The notes: generated from the sequence alone by a model not told the origin. A DNA stretch of 64,000 nucleotides from Cirrosporium novae-zelandiae (GCA_026023565.1 JAPETS010000012.1:124001-188000); one strand, 5' to 3'. Shown: positions 49,292 to 61,019, numbered from the stretch's first letter. A program made the numbers and translations.

Positions 49292-50527
49292 ATGTCTAAC
49301 CCTCAAGCTAGGTCTTCCTTTTCCCGGATCTGCCCTCGGTTCCTCACTGCCATCTCCTCCATCTATGGACCTCTACCCCCTAAATCCCCTTCAACCTGGA
49401 CTCCACCACCACTTCCTTCTGGTCATCGAGGTCGCTACCTCTGGACTGATGCTTTTGCAGTTCTAGATTTTCTCACTCTTTCCAAAGAAACCTCATCCCC
49501 AGTTTATATCACTCTTGCTGCGCGCCTTATTTCTACTGTTCACGATGTCCTCGGTCGTACCCGTGATGGCTTTGCTCGTCTACCTAATGCTACAGATGAT
49601 CAGCCACTTCTTGGTGGACTACGCATTGGAAAGTTGGATGAACATGGTAGTGATGGAGATGGCCAATATTTTCACTATCTGGCAATTTGGATGTTCGCAT
49701 TAAACCGCATGGCGCTTGCCTCGGGAGACATTTCCTATAACTCGCAGGCAATATCTCTTGCAAAAGCAGTGCACCCGCGATTCATGAAAGATCCAAGTGC
49801 GAAGAGACCAAGGCTGTATTGGAAGATGTCTATGGACCTATCGGAACCTCTGGTATTTAGTGAAGGGAATCTTGACCCTATTGATGGATACGTTGTATTC
49901 AGTATTTTGCAAGCGGTCGCTGGCCAAAATGGGATATTGGCCAATGAAATTGCGTCTTACAAACGTATTCTTGATACGAAATGGCCCAACTACTCGTCTA
50001 GTGATCCTCTGGATCTTGGCATGACACTATGGACGGCTCATTGGTTTTTAGGCAAAGAAGAATGGGCAGATTCACTTTGTAAGCGGGCATTAGCAAGTAC
50101 AAGTATGTCTAGATCATATCCCCCATATCTTAAACCTTTACAAGGATGGGAATATCTCATTAGTAACCTTTTTCTGTTAGATGAGCTTGTCAATGAATTT
50201 CACTTTTTTTCTCGACCTCCGCGTCGTCGTCTTGCTTTCCGCGAGTTCGGGACTTGCCTTGGAATTCGGTCCATTCTCCAGAGTCAGCCCACTTCATTTA
50301 ATAGTGAAGAGCAGGGAAACGGGCTCGAAACTCTTGCCTCAGACATAGTCACGACATGGGAGACCGAGAAGGTGGTACCAGATGTTTTAAGTCACGAGAA
50401 CAAACAGAAGGATGGATTGGAAGACATTACGGCTGTTATGTATGCCGCCGCCTTGTGGCCAGGAGCACTTCAGAGAAGCTATTTCAACGATGCTTCATCT
50501 TCTACTGTAGCGACTGCCGCAACTTGA
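49292..50527 (+). CDS. Conserved hypothetical protein of the 'GRYLWTDAF' family, possibly alpha/alpha-toroid; probable in-frame intron 50103-50180
   Basis: Motifs GRYLWTDAFAV, GGLRIGK, DGDGQYFHYL..WMFALNR, LYWKMS.DLS, RLAFREFG and ITAVMYAAAL. GTATGT..TTAG intron. Function unknown; the fold is a guess. Confidence 0.75.
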   Translation: MSNPQARSSFSRICPRFLTAISSIYGPLPPKSPSTWTPPPLPSGHRGRYLWTDAFAVLDFLTLSKETSSPVYITLAARLISTVHDVLGRTRDGFARLPNATDDQPLLGGLRIGKLDEHGSDGDGQYFHYLAIWMFALNRMALASGDISYNSQAISLAKAVHPRFMKDPSAKRPRLYWKMSMDLSEPLVFSEGNLDPIDGYVVFSILQAVAGQNGILANEIASYKRILDTKWPNYSSSDPLDLGMTLWTAHWFLGKEEWADSLCKRALASTSMSRSYPPYLKPLQGWEYLISNLFLLDELVNEFHFFSRPPRRRLAFREFGTCLGIRSILQSQPTSFNSEEQGNGLETLASDIVTTWETEKVVPDVLSHENKQKDGLEDITAVMYAAALWPGALQRSYFNDASSSTVATAAT

Positions 50528-51689
50528 AAGATCTGGCTGAATCTGTTCGTCCTGAGCTATAATGTTAACCAAACTTCAAGGTAGGGGAGGAGAATTAAAA
50601 AAAGTTCTTTAGCTTTCATTTATGTTGAAGAAATGAAAGGTGATCTTGACACTACCATGTCCTCGGAATATAAACTACCATTAACAAGACTAGACCCCTC
50701 GTATATCATGGCATGAAATGTAATAAATCTAAAGCTTCCTGCAAGAATATACTCTCTGACCATTTCTCTAGGTACCTAGGTAGTCAATAGATGGATTTAG
50801 GCCCTAAATGTCGAATATTTCGAGCATACGTACTAGGACTGCGCTAAGATGGAGGTCTCTAAAATATCTTCACTTCTTCCTAATACTCCACTTTCACAAC
50901 TAACAACGCCAACAAGTTGTTTTTTCTTCTACACAATCTACCAGGTTACCTACCAATGATTCATGCAGATGTATATCTCGTATGATTGCCTTGAGCTTAC
51001 CTTGACTCTCATGAATCTTTGCATCTTCTGGTAACCTGGTAGATAGTCTTACTATTCTCCTTTCTTCATCAGCCATTCCTTGATTCATCGATTTTTTCAG
51101 TTAGCTTTCGTTTTCGTCTAGTTTTTGAGCTATTCAATTCTCACCTCTTTAAACCATCTCGTCCTCTGAGCACTACAGCTATGCCGAAATCGCTAAACGT
51201 GAGATACAAGTAAGCGGTTATCAAATGTGACTCAGCCTCGAATACTCCAAGCTATTCAGTGATCTTCCTGGAATTCAATTTTCATCAAGTATGTGGTTAT
51301 TAGTGCAGACCTTCCCATCTCACCTCTCTTATACATACTGACACGTTCATTTTTAGATGATTTTGAACTGAGTTTGATGTCCATCCTTATGGCAGACCTC
51401 AAGCCCAAACTCTTTGGTACGTGACTATCACTTACACTACATGGACAGCTTTTCTTAGTGCTCTTTGTTCAATCCCTTTTCAAACAGTCCACTAACACTT
51501 CTACTACAGGTTGCTATCAGCTTGGCCTTGCTCATATCCCTCGCTGTGATAGTTGCGAGAGGTTTTATCCGCGTCCTGCATGGACGAGATCAGTTTCTTT
51601 TAGCGGCGTCGCAAGACCCGCTCTCTCTTTCTAGCAGCGTCGCAAGACTTGCTCCAAATTTTATTTTCTTCTCTTTCGATGTCGGCTCC

Positions 51690-51968
51690 TGGCTCCTTAT
51701 TTAGGGGTTATGGCTTCGTTCCACTTCCGCCAGAACTCAGGCTTTCGCCGAGTATAACTCGGGGAGTTCAGTTAACACACTTCCCAGCCCGGATCCCTTT
51801 TTAAGGGATTGCGGTTTATATTGAAGGCTTTCGTTAGAATCTAAGCTTTCGTCTGGCACTCCGTCGGAGTGTCACTTTCCAGTCCGGATCCCTTTTTAAG
51901 GGATTGCGTTTTATATCGAACATGTTCGTTACAATCCAAGCTTTCTTCCGGCACTCCGTGGGAGTGTA
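51690..51968. repeat. ~95-bp tandem repeat (2 close copies plus 1 degenerate copy) containing short palindromes
   Basis: ccggatccctttttaagggattgcg at 51789 and 51884; aagctttc.t..ggcactccgt.ggagtgt at 51843 and 51938; a looser copy at 51691-51790. Confidence 0.8.
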
Positions 51969-53785
51969 CGGTTCGTACATTTTTTTTCCCCAAAAGATTC
52001 TTACCAACAGGATCATACCGCCAAATTCCACAACACCCAATACCATTGTCTGCCTCACCAAGGGCTAGATGGTATAAACTCTGAACCACTCACCTACATC
52101 AACCAGTGCAGTATTGTCGATTGTCGGCGTCGGGGTGTCATTGTCTGTCTGATCAAGACAGGATGACACATGGGTTGTATAAGCGCTTCTATATATACCC
52201 TATATACATAAAGTGCCTAAGGGTGCGTTGACGGCTTGAGAAGATTTGGAGGTTATTCGATCTTGACCTCATCATAGGCGGTCGAATACCGTCTTTCGGC
52301 CTGCAGGTCTCTAGCTTGTCACTTTCTGCCTCATCACGGGTCGGGTGGCAGCGCGACGAGATTAGACAATACTGTGATTGGTTTCCACCAGGGGATGTCA
52401 TAGAAGGGCTTCGCTATGGATAGGATTGTATGCAATGAGTGAGTGGGAAGCGGATCGGGGAGAGCCCTATTCCATTTCAGTTAGAAATGCTACTCCGGAT
52501 CGCGTCGTAAGACCGCTCCATAAAAGTACCAACAATATAATGCAAATCCTGACAGCGGGATTATGTCTCACAAGGCGTCGTAAACCCTTTAAGTGTCTGT
52601 ACAACTCAGAGGTCCTTACCACAGCAACTATTCCATTATCAATTAACCAAATACTGTACCATTCAGATCCCTGGAAATATTAACCACCATTAACTACAAG
52701 CAGAACGTAGTCTCCATAACAACACTTTAGGAAATTCTAGAATCAGGAGTGTCCCATCGAATATATCCTCAACAGGACCCTGGCAAGGGGACATTTGTTT
52801 TGGTATTAGCGGAGTTTCTTTCAAATGCCGAAACCCGGGGGGGGATTGCTGGCAACGCCATGCCAACGTTTCGTAAGAATTAAAGATCCGCCCCACACAA
52901 AGTTTACTTTTAATTTCCAAACGTTGAACGGTGAAGAAAAAGACCCTCATTATCATCATCAACTCACCATCATCAGCTATAGATTGATAGGAAGGTGAGT
53001 TATTACTTCTCTTCTATTAATTACCACCTTATTAATTCATTCATTGCAACCAGAAAACCTCCACCCTTAAACAAGCATTAGATATTATTATCATACAGGC
53101 TCGTCAGATCTGCTCCTGCTTAGACCAAGAAAAACAACAACACATCGTAGTTTTGTTCTCCAACAAAAAAATCATCACCACCAACCACCATGTGGTCACT
53201 GCTCTCATCCTTCCGGGCCTTTTGAAACGAAAAACGAGGGAAAAAACCCCATTCCCGTTTTTCCATCATCTAACTTACCCAGGTAACTTGTTTCTCGATC
53301 GTTTCGAAGAAGAAGAAAAGAAGCAACTAACTACACAATACCTGAGTAGTTAATATTAAGCTTCAGGAAAACCCAGGAAAAACCCAGGATTTCCTTTCTA
53401 TATATATTGTTTTTTTTTGTGGAGAACTTACTTGTGTCAAACATTTTAGAGTTTGTTGTTTTGCGAATTGAAGCCTTTGCCCACAACATCATTGTTGCGG
53501 ATTTATTAAGGAGGAGGGAGATCATGCATAGCTTCCTTAGATCGATCCATTTTTATTTATGTTTGTGTATGTGTAATCGAATGCTTGTGTGACTGGCGGC
53601 GCGGTCCTTGTGTGGATTAAGTTGGATGATTTTATGGACTTTGAAACCAGAGACTTTAAATACCCCATTGCATCTCCCTCAATTCCTTTTTCTCTCCCCA
53701 GAAGCAGGTTCTTCAATCCCTATCATCATCCAAAAGCAGAACACCACAACAATTTCCCTCAACCCCCCCAAACACCACCACAACC

Positions 53786-54313
53786 ATGAAATCCACCTTC
53801 TCCCTCCTCCTCCTCTCCCTCCTCACAACCGCCACCCTCACAACCGCAACCCTAGACCCCTGCACCACCAACACAAAAGGAAAATGCCCCAGCAGTCTAA
53901 ACTGCAGCGCCTCCAAAGAATCCACCGACATCCAAGCCGCAGAATGCAGCCACAACACCCGCACGTCCGAGACCCAGACGTTCGCGGTCTTCACTACCGA
54001 TCATACCTATGATAGCAGCAATGGCGCCCCCTATGGGACTTGCAAGGCTTATACTTGCACCGCTCCTACGAGCGATGAAATGGAGAGTGATAGTGATTGT
54101 TGGACTTTCTTTTGGAAGTGAGATTTTATTCCCCTCCCTCTTTTATATTTATTATGGGGAGGCGACGTTTACTAATATATATATATTTCTTGTAGTGATA
54201 ATGGAGAGAGCAGCGGTGTCGGAACTGGATGCATCAAGGATCCCGACACCGGTGAATGCGGATGCGAAGATAGCGATGGCACTTTCGTTGCTGGAAGCGA
54301 TAGCTGCACCTAA
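53786..54313 (+). CDS. Small secreted cysteine-rich protein (~149 aa, 11 Cys); intron 54118-54195
   Basis: Signal peptide MKSTFSLLLLSLLTTA; exon 2 (N)DNGESSGVGTGCIKDPDTGECGCEDSDGTFVAGSDSCT* joins in frame. Confidence 0.88.
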
Positions 54314-54957
54314 GCTTAGACTTGCGAATGAGTGAGGGAGTGGAAACGAACGGGGTGGGGCAGGAACTGGAAATGGGGAGGGTGTTCTGTGGAAGGGAAG
54401 TTGATGGGAGAAGGAAAGAATGTGTGTATATGTGTGTGTCCTTGGTCAATAGTACACCACGACGTGGGGAGAATGGGAGAAGTAAGTAGCCGGAGATATT
54501 TAACGTCCTGTACATGTATGTGAAAATCATGTACGTTGATATCTATCTACTCAGATGATCCCAAAAACAAAAAAAACAAAAACGAGGGAACAAAGGAAGA
54601 GGAAAGGAAAATGCAGATAAATAAAATTCAAAATGAAGAGTTTTGAACGTGCTCAATGGGAAGTTATTTGTCCCTTCATTCCCACCCCCTGGCTTTATTT
54701 TTTATTTATTTTTTGGCTTGTAGAGATGTTGTAAACGATGATCTAGTAGATTTTGTGAGTTTTTATTTTGTTAGGGGTAAAAGAGAAGGGGAATAGTGAG
54801 ATGTGAATTTTTCTCTTTTTGGGGTTTATTATATGTTGTTATTTTTTCTGTCTTACTTTACATGTCTATACTATATGCGTACCTCCCGCCAAGAGCTCCA
54901 CCCCCCACCCCCCACCACCATCATCATCATCATCATTACAACCATCCTCACAAACCC

Positions 54958-56775
54958 CTAAACAACCATCGCCCCCAACCCCACCAACGGATCCACCAAC
55001 TCGCTCCTACGTATACAAATCTCATCCGCCAGCCTCCCCCACTCCTCCACCAAGCCTAACTCCCGAATCCTCCCCCACCTCTCATACCCCCTCCCCTTAT
55101 CTTCCTCCACCGTTTTCACCTCCGCCTCACCACCTCCAAAAACCATAACCCTCTTCTCCATCCCAAACGGCACCCACGGCTGCCCGCCACCCGCAAACTG
55201 TAGCCAGAATTTTGCCATGCGCCTCGCTTGGATTTGCTGGGTGAGTGGGAGGGTGTGGCGGAGGACATTCCAGATGAAGACGTTGTCGAGGGAGTGGTGG
55301 GCGAGGCCGTGCCATTCGTTGGGGTAAGGGGAAGGTTCGTCGAAGTGGTACGCGAGGGTTTGGGAGGGGTTTGAGAGTTGGAGGTCGTGGTTTGGAGAGA
55401 GGTAGAGGGCATCTGTTGTGAAGGTTTCGAGGAGGGTGAAGGTTTCGTCGGGGGTGAGGGTCTGGTTGGTGAGGTTGTAGAGGGAGAGGAGGGTTTGGTT
55501 GGCGGATGGGTTTGGGAGGCTTAGGATGTAGGACTGCAGGGTTGTTGGTGGCGTTGTGAGGTGTCGGTATGCTTTGTTCCAGATTATGCATTCGTTTTTC
55601 GCGTCGCCGATCATCAAGCGTGGGCACCAGGGGGGCGTGTGGAAGTTGCGGAGGTGGCTGTAGCTTGGCATTGGTTGGTTTGGGAGGAAGGTGTAGTCAT
55701 CGCAGAGGGCCATGGTGATGACGGGGGTTAGGAAAACGTCTGGCATGCTGGCTGTGAGAGTTGCTTCGGGGGTGTTTAGGAGGTGGGTGAGGCGCGCTTC
55801 TGGGGGGAGGTCTTCGGGGATTTCGAGCCTTTTTAATGTCTTTTCGTATAACACTTGGTATTGCTGCACGCTCATTATGCCGCAGAGGGGTAGCAGACCG
55901 GACTGCAATATCGCTGAGGAGAAAAGAGGCTCGCCGCGTAGTAGGTGAGCGTTGATTGAGACTGCAAAAAATGAGATGTTATTTGGGGTTCCTTGAAAAG
56001 GTGTTGTAAGTGGTGCTGTTGACTTACCACCACCAGCACTTTGTCCGAATAGAGTGACCTTGGTCGGATCTCCTCCGAAGGCTGATATGTATTTTTGCAC
56101 CCATCTTAGAGCCTCCACCTGGTCCCAAAGCCCGTAGTTCCCAACACCTTCTTCGCCATGGGCTTTGTTGTAGGCTCGAATCTCCTCGCTAGCTAAGAAC
56201 CCCAAGACACCAAGCCGATAATTCATGCTGATAATAATGGTTGGGCTGTTTTCCTCGCGCGAGATGTCTGCTAGTACTCGCCCGTCGTACATTCCGGCAG
56301 AGCCAGCGGCATAGGTGAATGCGCCGCCGTGAAGAAACACCATGACCGGAAGAGGTTTCGTGATTTCTTTGGAATTGGGGGGATATGGGACACTGATGTT
56401 TAGATTCAGGCAATCTTTTTCGGATGTTGGGGGGTTCTCGACCCATGGTCTATGAGGTACGGGTATGGGGTAGAAATCCCGAGGAGGTTGAGGGTGATGT
56501 GGACTTGACGAGACGGCAAATATTGTCAATCAAGATTTGAACATCTGAATATGATATTAGTCTTCGACGTACCCAAACTTGGTTCCATCCCATTTCTCGC
56601 CTGGCCAAGGGACTGGAGCGGGCTGAGGTCGTCTGAACCGCCCAGGGATTGAAGCGTAGGGAATTCCTAGATATTGACATGTTTTGCCATCGAAACATAG
56701 GCCATCTATCTCGCCAAGTGAAGGCACCTTAAACGATGCTGATGATACCTGAATTAAATCAACACCGTCGTCCAT
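54958..56775 (-). CDS. Type-B carboxylesterase (alpha/beta hydrolase) without signal peptide; introns ~56510-56571 and 55962-56027
   Basis: YLGIPYA..RFRRP, SEKDCLNLNI, VMVFLHGGAF, NYRLGVLGFL, GNYGLWDQ..WV..I..FGGDP, nucleophile GQSAGG, His motif AHHSLD. Confidence 0.93.
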
Positions 56776-56849
56776 GATTATAAGAGAGAGTCGATATGCT
56801 GAAGTAAGTGAGAAATATAGAGTAGATGAAAAGGATTATTCTCTATATA

Positions 56850-57330
56850 AGACATCGAAGATAGCTAAACATTAAACACGCAATAATATAAGCACTTGTA
56901 AATTATAACTATTTATTTTTCAAGACGATAAGCACTGCAAGTAATTAACTTCATTTGTCAATTACCTTCTCTCGATAAAATGCAAGACAAAGCATCGGCA
57001 TAGACGTTCGGGATGTTTTATCGCGATAGGCTTTCGATAGGAATTCGCTTTTCAACTCCCCACCATCTGAATTTAGCATTTCGGAATCCCCAATCCTACC
57101 CTAAACCATATTTGAGTCCATTCCCTACCTCATATCACAGTATCTTCTTCTAAAAGCTTACGAATTACATCAGATCATTACTACCGCTTGGCGAGTTCAG
57201 AAGCTGACGTTTCAACGTTGGTTAAAATGATTTCCCCAAAGGCAAAATGGACAAAGGACAAACAAAAAAAGACTGGAAAAAGCAGTTCACTTGAAAGAGA
57301 AAAAGCAATTACATACATCCCAAGATAATT
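56850..57330. promoter_or_regulatory. Divergent esterase/aminotransferase promoter with clustered GATA elements
   Basis: GATAA/GATAG/TTATC at ~56859, 56927, 56974, 57018, 57025, 57036 and 57324; duplicated ataagcact..aa.t.a.taact motif at 56888 and 56928. Confidence 0.5.
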
Positions 57331-57346
57331 CTTCCAAGTAATCAGT

Positions 57347-58807
57347 ATGGCACCTGGGATAATCTCTGAGACGACAACTGATGTCGTTCCTCCCTCCAAA
57401 ATTGAATCCTCTAATGTCTCCAACACCGCTTCTAGCTCATCATATTGGGCCAAGCATCCCAAGCCGTCCCTGTTCCACCGTGACCTTCATAGCAAGCCCG
57501 TTGTCGCAACCTCTGGCTCGGGCCACTGTCTGAACCTCCAAAACGGGAGCAAAATAATCGATGCCTGTGGTGGTGCAGCCGTCGCGGCCCTTGGAAATGG
57601 CAACGAAGAAATTGTGGCCGCCATGACCGAACAGGCGAAGTCGCTTGCCTACGTTCACACTCAGATCTACACCACACAATCCGCGGAAGATCTAGCAGAC
57701 CTGCTAGTTGGACATCGGCCAGGCGGTCTCAGCAAGGCCTTCTTCGTCGGCAGCGGCAGCGAAGCGAACGACGGAGCCATGAAGCTCGCGCGACAATACT
57801 TTTACGAAAAGGGCGAGCACCAACGGATCCATTATATCGCTCGAAGGCAGAGCTACCACGGAAACACCTTCGGCAGCATGTCGATATCCAACAATGTCCC
57901 AAGGCTCGTCCCGTATGTCGACATCCTCCTCCCGAACGTCAGCCACGTCAGCCCCTGCTACGCCTACCAGTACTCCAACCCCAACGAAACCTCCGCCCAA
58001 TACGTCGCCCGCCTAGCCGCAGAACTAGAAGCCGAATTCCAGCGCATCGGCCCCGAAAAAGTCATTGCCTTCGTCGCCGAAACAATCGGAGGCGCCACCA
58101 GCGGCTGCATCCCCCCGGTTCCCGGCTACTTCCCCGCAGTCCAAGAAATCTGCAGGCGCCACGGTGCCCTCCTAATCCTCGATGAAGTCATGTGCGGCAT
58201 GGGCAGAACAGGAACAACCTTCGCCTGGGAGCAAGAAGAAGGAATCGTCCCGGACATCCTCACCATCGGCAAAGCCCTGGGAGCAGGCTACGCCCCCATC
58301 GCCGGAATCCTCGTCCACCAACACATCATTTCCACCCTCTCGCACGGAACCGGCTCCTTCAACCACGGCCAAACCTACCAGCAACACCCTGTCTCCTGCG
58401 CCGTCGCCCTCGCCGTCCAGCGCCTCATCCACCGCAAAAACCTCATCCCCCACGCCGCAAAAATGGGCCGTCTCCTCGAATCAACCCTTAAATCTAAACT
58501 CGGGCATCTGCAATTTGTGGGGGATATTCGTGGGAGGGGACTCTTTTGGGCGGTGGAGTTTGTGAGGGACAGGGAGGGGAGGATGCCGTTTAAGGAGGAG
58601 GTGAGGTTTGGGCCAAGGGTTCAGCAGGAGGCGTTTGAGTTGGGAGTCGCGGTTTATCCGGGTCATGGCACTGTGGATGGGAGAAAGGGGGATCATGTGC
58701 TCTTGGCGCCGCCGTTTGATGTTACGGAGGAGGAGATTGGGGTTGTGGTTGAGGTTCTGGTGAGGGCGTATGAGAGGGTTGTTGCTTCTGTGGTTGGGGA
58801 GGTGTGA
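57347..58807 (+). CDS. Class III PLP-dependent aminotransferase (omega-amino/beta-amino type)
   Basis: IIDACGGAAV, GSGSEANDGAMK, SYHGNT, AFVAET, LILDEVMCGMGRTG, PDILTIGKALGAGYAP (catalytic Lys), HGQTY, GDIRGRGLF. Confidence 0.95.
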   Translation: MAPGIISETTTDVVPPSKIESSNVSNTASSSSYWAKHPKPSLFHRDLHSKPVVATSGSGHCLNLQNGSKIIDACGGAAVAALGNGNEEIVAAMTEQAKSLAYVHTQIYTTQSAEDLADLLVGHRPGGLSKAFFVGSGSEANDGAMKLARQYFYEKGEHQRIHYIARRQSYHGNTFGSMSISNNVPRLVPYVDILLPNVSHVSPCYAYQYSNPNETSAQYVARLAAELEAEFQRIGPEKVIAFVAETIGGATSGCIPPVPGYFPAVQEICRRHGALLILDEVMCGMGRTGTTFAWEQEEGIVPDILTIGKALGAGYAPIAGILVHQHIISTLSHGTGSFNHGQTYQQHPVSCAVALAVQRLIHRKNLIPHAAKMGRLLESTLKSKLGHLQFVGDIRGRGLFWAVEFVRDREGRMPFKEEVRFGPRVQQEAFELGVAVYPGHGTVDGRKGDHVLLAPPFDVTEEEIGVVVEVLVRAYERVVASVVGEV

Positions 58808-59194
58808 GTGGGTATTTTGTATATACATTAGAAGGCTATTCTTATGATATGTATATTGCTTTTCTTTTTTTTAAATAAACCCCATATCCACATCCACCTC
58901 ATCTCATCTCATCTTATCTAATCCCCAATCCTCCTAAATTGCAGCAATCTAACCCAATATCTATTGTTCTTATTTCCTTTTCCCTATCCATATAGTGTCA
59001 AATTAAGATGATTAATATTTAATTGAGGATTGCGCGACTTATTATCTAGAGAGGGGGGGGAGGGAGAGATAAAAAATTTCTCCTATCTCTTACCCATTCA
59101 TATTTACACTCTCGTTCACAAACTCTCTCCTCTCTCTTCCCCTCCTTCCTTTTTACTCCTTAAAATTCACCCAACCTCCACACATACACACAAT

Positions 59195-60983
59195 TTACCA
59201 AGCATACCGAAACTTCACCCAATCCTCGCGATCCGTCCGATCGAAAAACTCCTCATTCTCCATGGTATTGGTCATGGCGTCAATTTCGGCGGGGGAAAGA
59301 GATTGGAGTTTTTTGTCGCGGTTGTGGTTTGAGAAGGTGTAGTAGAGACTGTTTTTGTATGGAGGGCAGAAGGGTTAGTTTAGTTTGTGTGTGTTTTTTT
59401 GGGGGGGGTGGTAGGGGAGTGGAGTTAGAGAGGAAAAGGGAAAAGACGTACCCAAGCGTGATTGTAAGGATCTGAACAATGGTAATGGAAACCAGCATAG
59501 CTCTAGTGCCAGTTTCGTATCTAGGTTTCTCGGTCGCCAAGAATAGCTGGGGACTAACGATGTTGCCGACACACCACAGGATGAAGCACATACTCGTACA
59601 CATCATCTTCTTCGAGAACCCGGCCACGTTGCTGCTGATGAGACTCAGGAGGATGGCATAGCTAGCTGGGACGCAGAGGACAAGCCAGACGCCAGCGCAG
59701 CGGGCCCACTTGTTTGTTAAAGGAAGTGTGTGAAGCATTGCGATTCCAGCGAGCGTGGGTGCCGCGATCCAGAACATGACGATTGTACGGCCGTTTTTAA
59801 CGGAGCTGGAAAGGAGGCCCGCTGCGAGCATGGCGAGAATTTCGGTTCCACCTACGGGTAGCGTGAGGAGGGTTGTTGTGAGGCCGCTGAAACCCATGTC
59901 TTGGATAATTAAAGGCAGAAAGGACCCCGCGATGTTGGTTATGTTGCTGACACCGGACCAGAGGGCGATGAGCCAGTACTGTGGGTCGCGCAGGGCTTCG
60001 AGGGCTTGGTTCCATTTGAACTTTCGGGATTTTAAGCCTGTTCTGTTGGAGCGCAGGCGTTCTACTGCTATTTGGCGTTCGACGGGGGTGAGGAACCAGG
60101 CCGTTGTTGGGGAGGAGGGAAGGAGGAAAAATACGGCGAGGGACCAGAGGATGGTGAAGCCGCCGCAGATGAGAAAGACTAGTTGCCATTCTGAGACGCT
60201 ACTGTTGGTTTTTCCGATTCCATAGGATAGGAGGCCACCTATTATGGCGGCGAGTCCAACAAACCCATACCAGGAGCTTGGGAAACGTTAGCAAGTGAGA
60301 AATTGAGATTGGAATTTAGGGCAGGCAAACGTCACACGGGCACCTTGCTCCTCATTTCTATAGAAAGTACCCATGAGGGAAACCCAGCAGGGTCCAATGG
60401 CAGCCTCGAAGATGCCCATTAGAAACCGAAGGGCTGCGAGACCTGAAAAGCTTTTTGCAGTTGCACACAGGGTTACCATACATCCCCATAGGAAAAGATT
60501 GACCCCAGCATATCTTCCGGTTGGGAATTTGGTGAGGAGATAAGCAGAAGGTGCTTCAGCGACCAGGTATCCAATATAGAAAATAGAAGTTGCCCATGAG
60601 TACTGTTGACCAACAAGACTCAAGTCCTCTTGCATGCCCCATACAGCTGCGTAGGAAACTGTCACCTTGTCAAGGTATTGGAGACCGAACGTCAAGCATA
60701 ACTACAATTATTTTATTAGCGCCATGCTGAATCGGGACTTGAGAGAGCACTCCGGGGGTAAACGTACAATTGGAAGAAGGAATAAATCAATCTTCCATTT
60801 CACTCTTTTTGCTTCTTCTTCTGTGAATTCAACAGTGCCAACCTGAACCAAAAATTGAAGTCCAATATCCGCGTCCGAGTCGACATAGACATTGGCTTTC
60901 TCTGTCCCTGAGGACTCAAGGTCCATTTTAGACAAGCTACTCGGCTTCTTCTCCATATAGGTCACGCCGTCAGTTGAAGCCAT
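59195..60983 (-). CDS. MFS transporter, allantoate permease (Dal5-like, anion:cation symporter) family; 4 exons
   Basis: KIDLFLLP, LQYLDK, QYSWATSIFYIGYL, LRFLMGIFEA, NVAGFSKK, VGNIVSPQLF..PRY, C-terminal FFDRTDRE..FRYAW*. Confidence 0.92.
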
Positions 60984-61019
60984 TGATAATTTCGGCTTTC
61001 CATAAATAAAAATCACGAA

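Noticed and set aside
51789..51968. Palindromic repeats superficially like a CRISPR array
   Set aside because: Eukaryotic context, no cas genes, and the intervening sequences are themselves repeated rather than unique spacers.
54796..55148. Poly-His and Pro-rich plus-strand ORFs
   Set aside because: They are antisense to the G-rich 3' end of the esterase plus a (CAT)n microsatellite.
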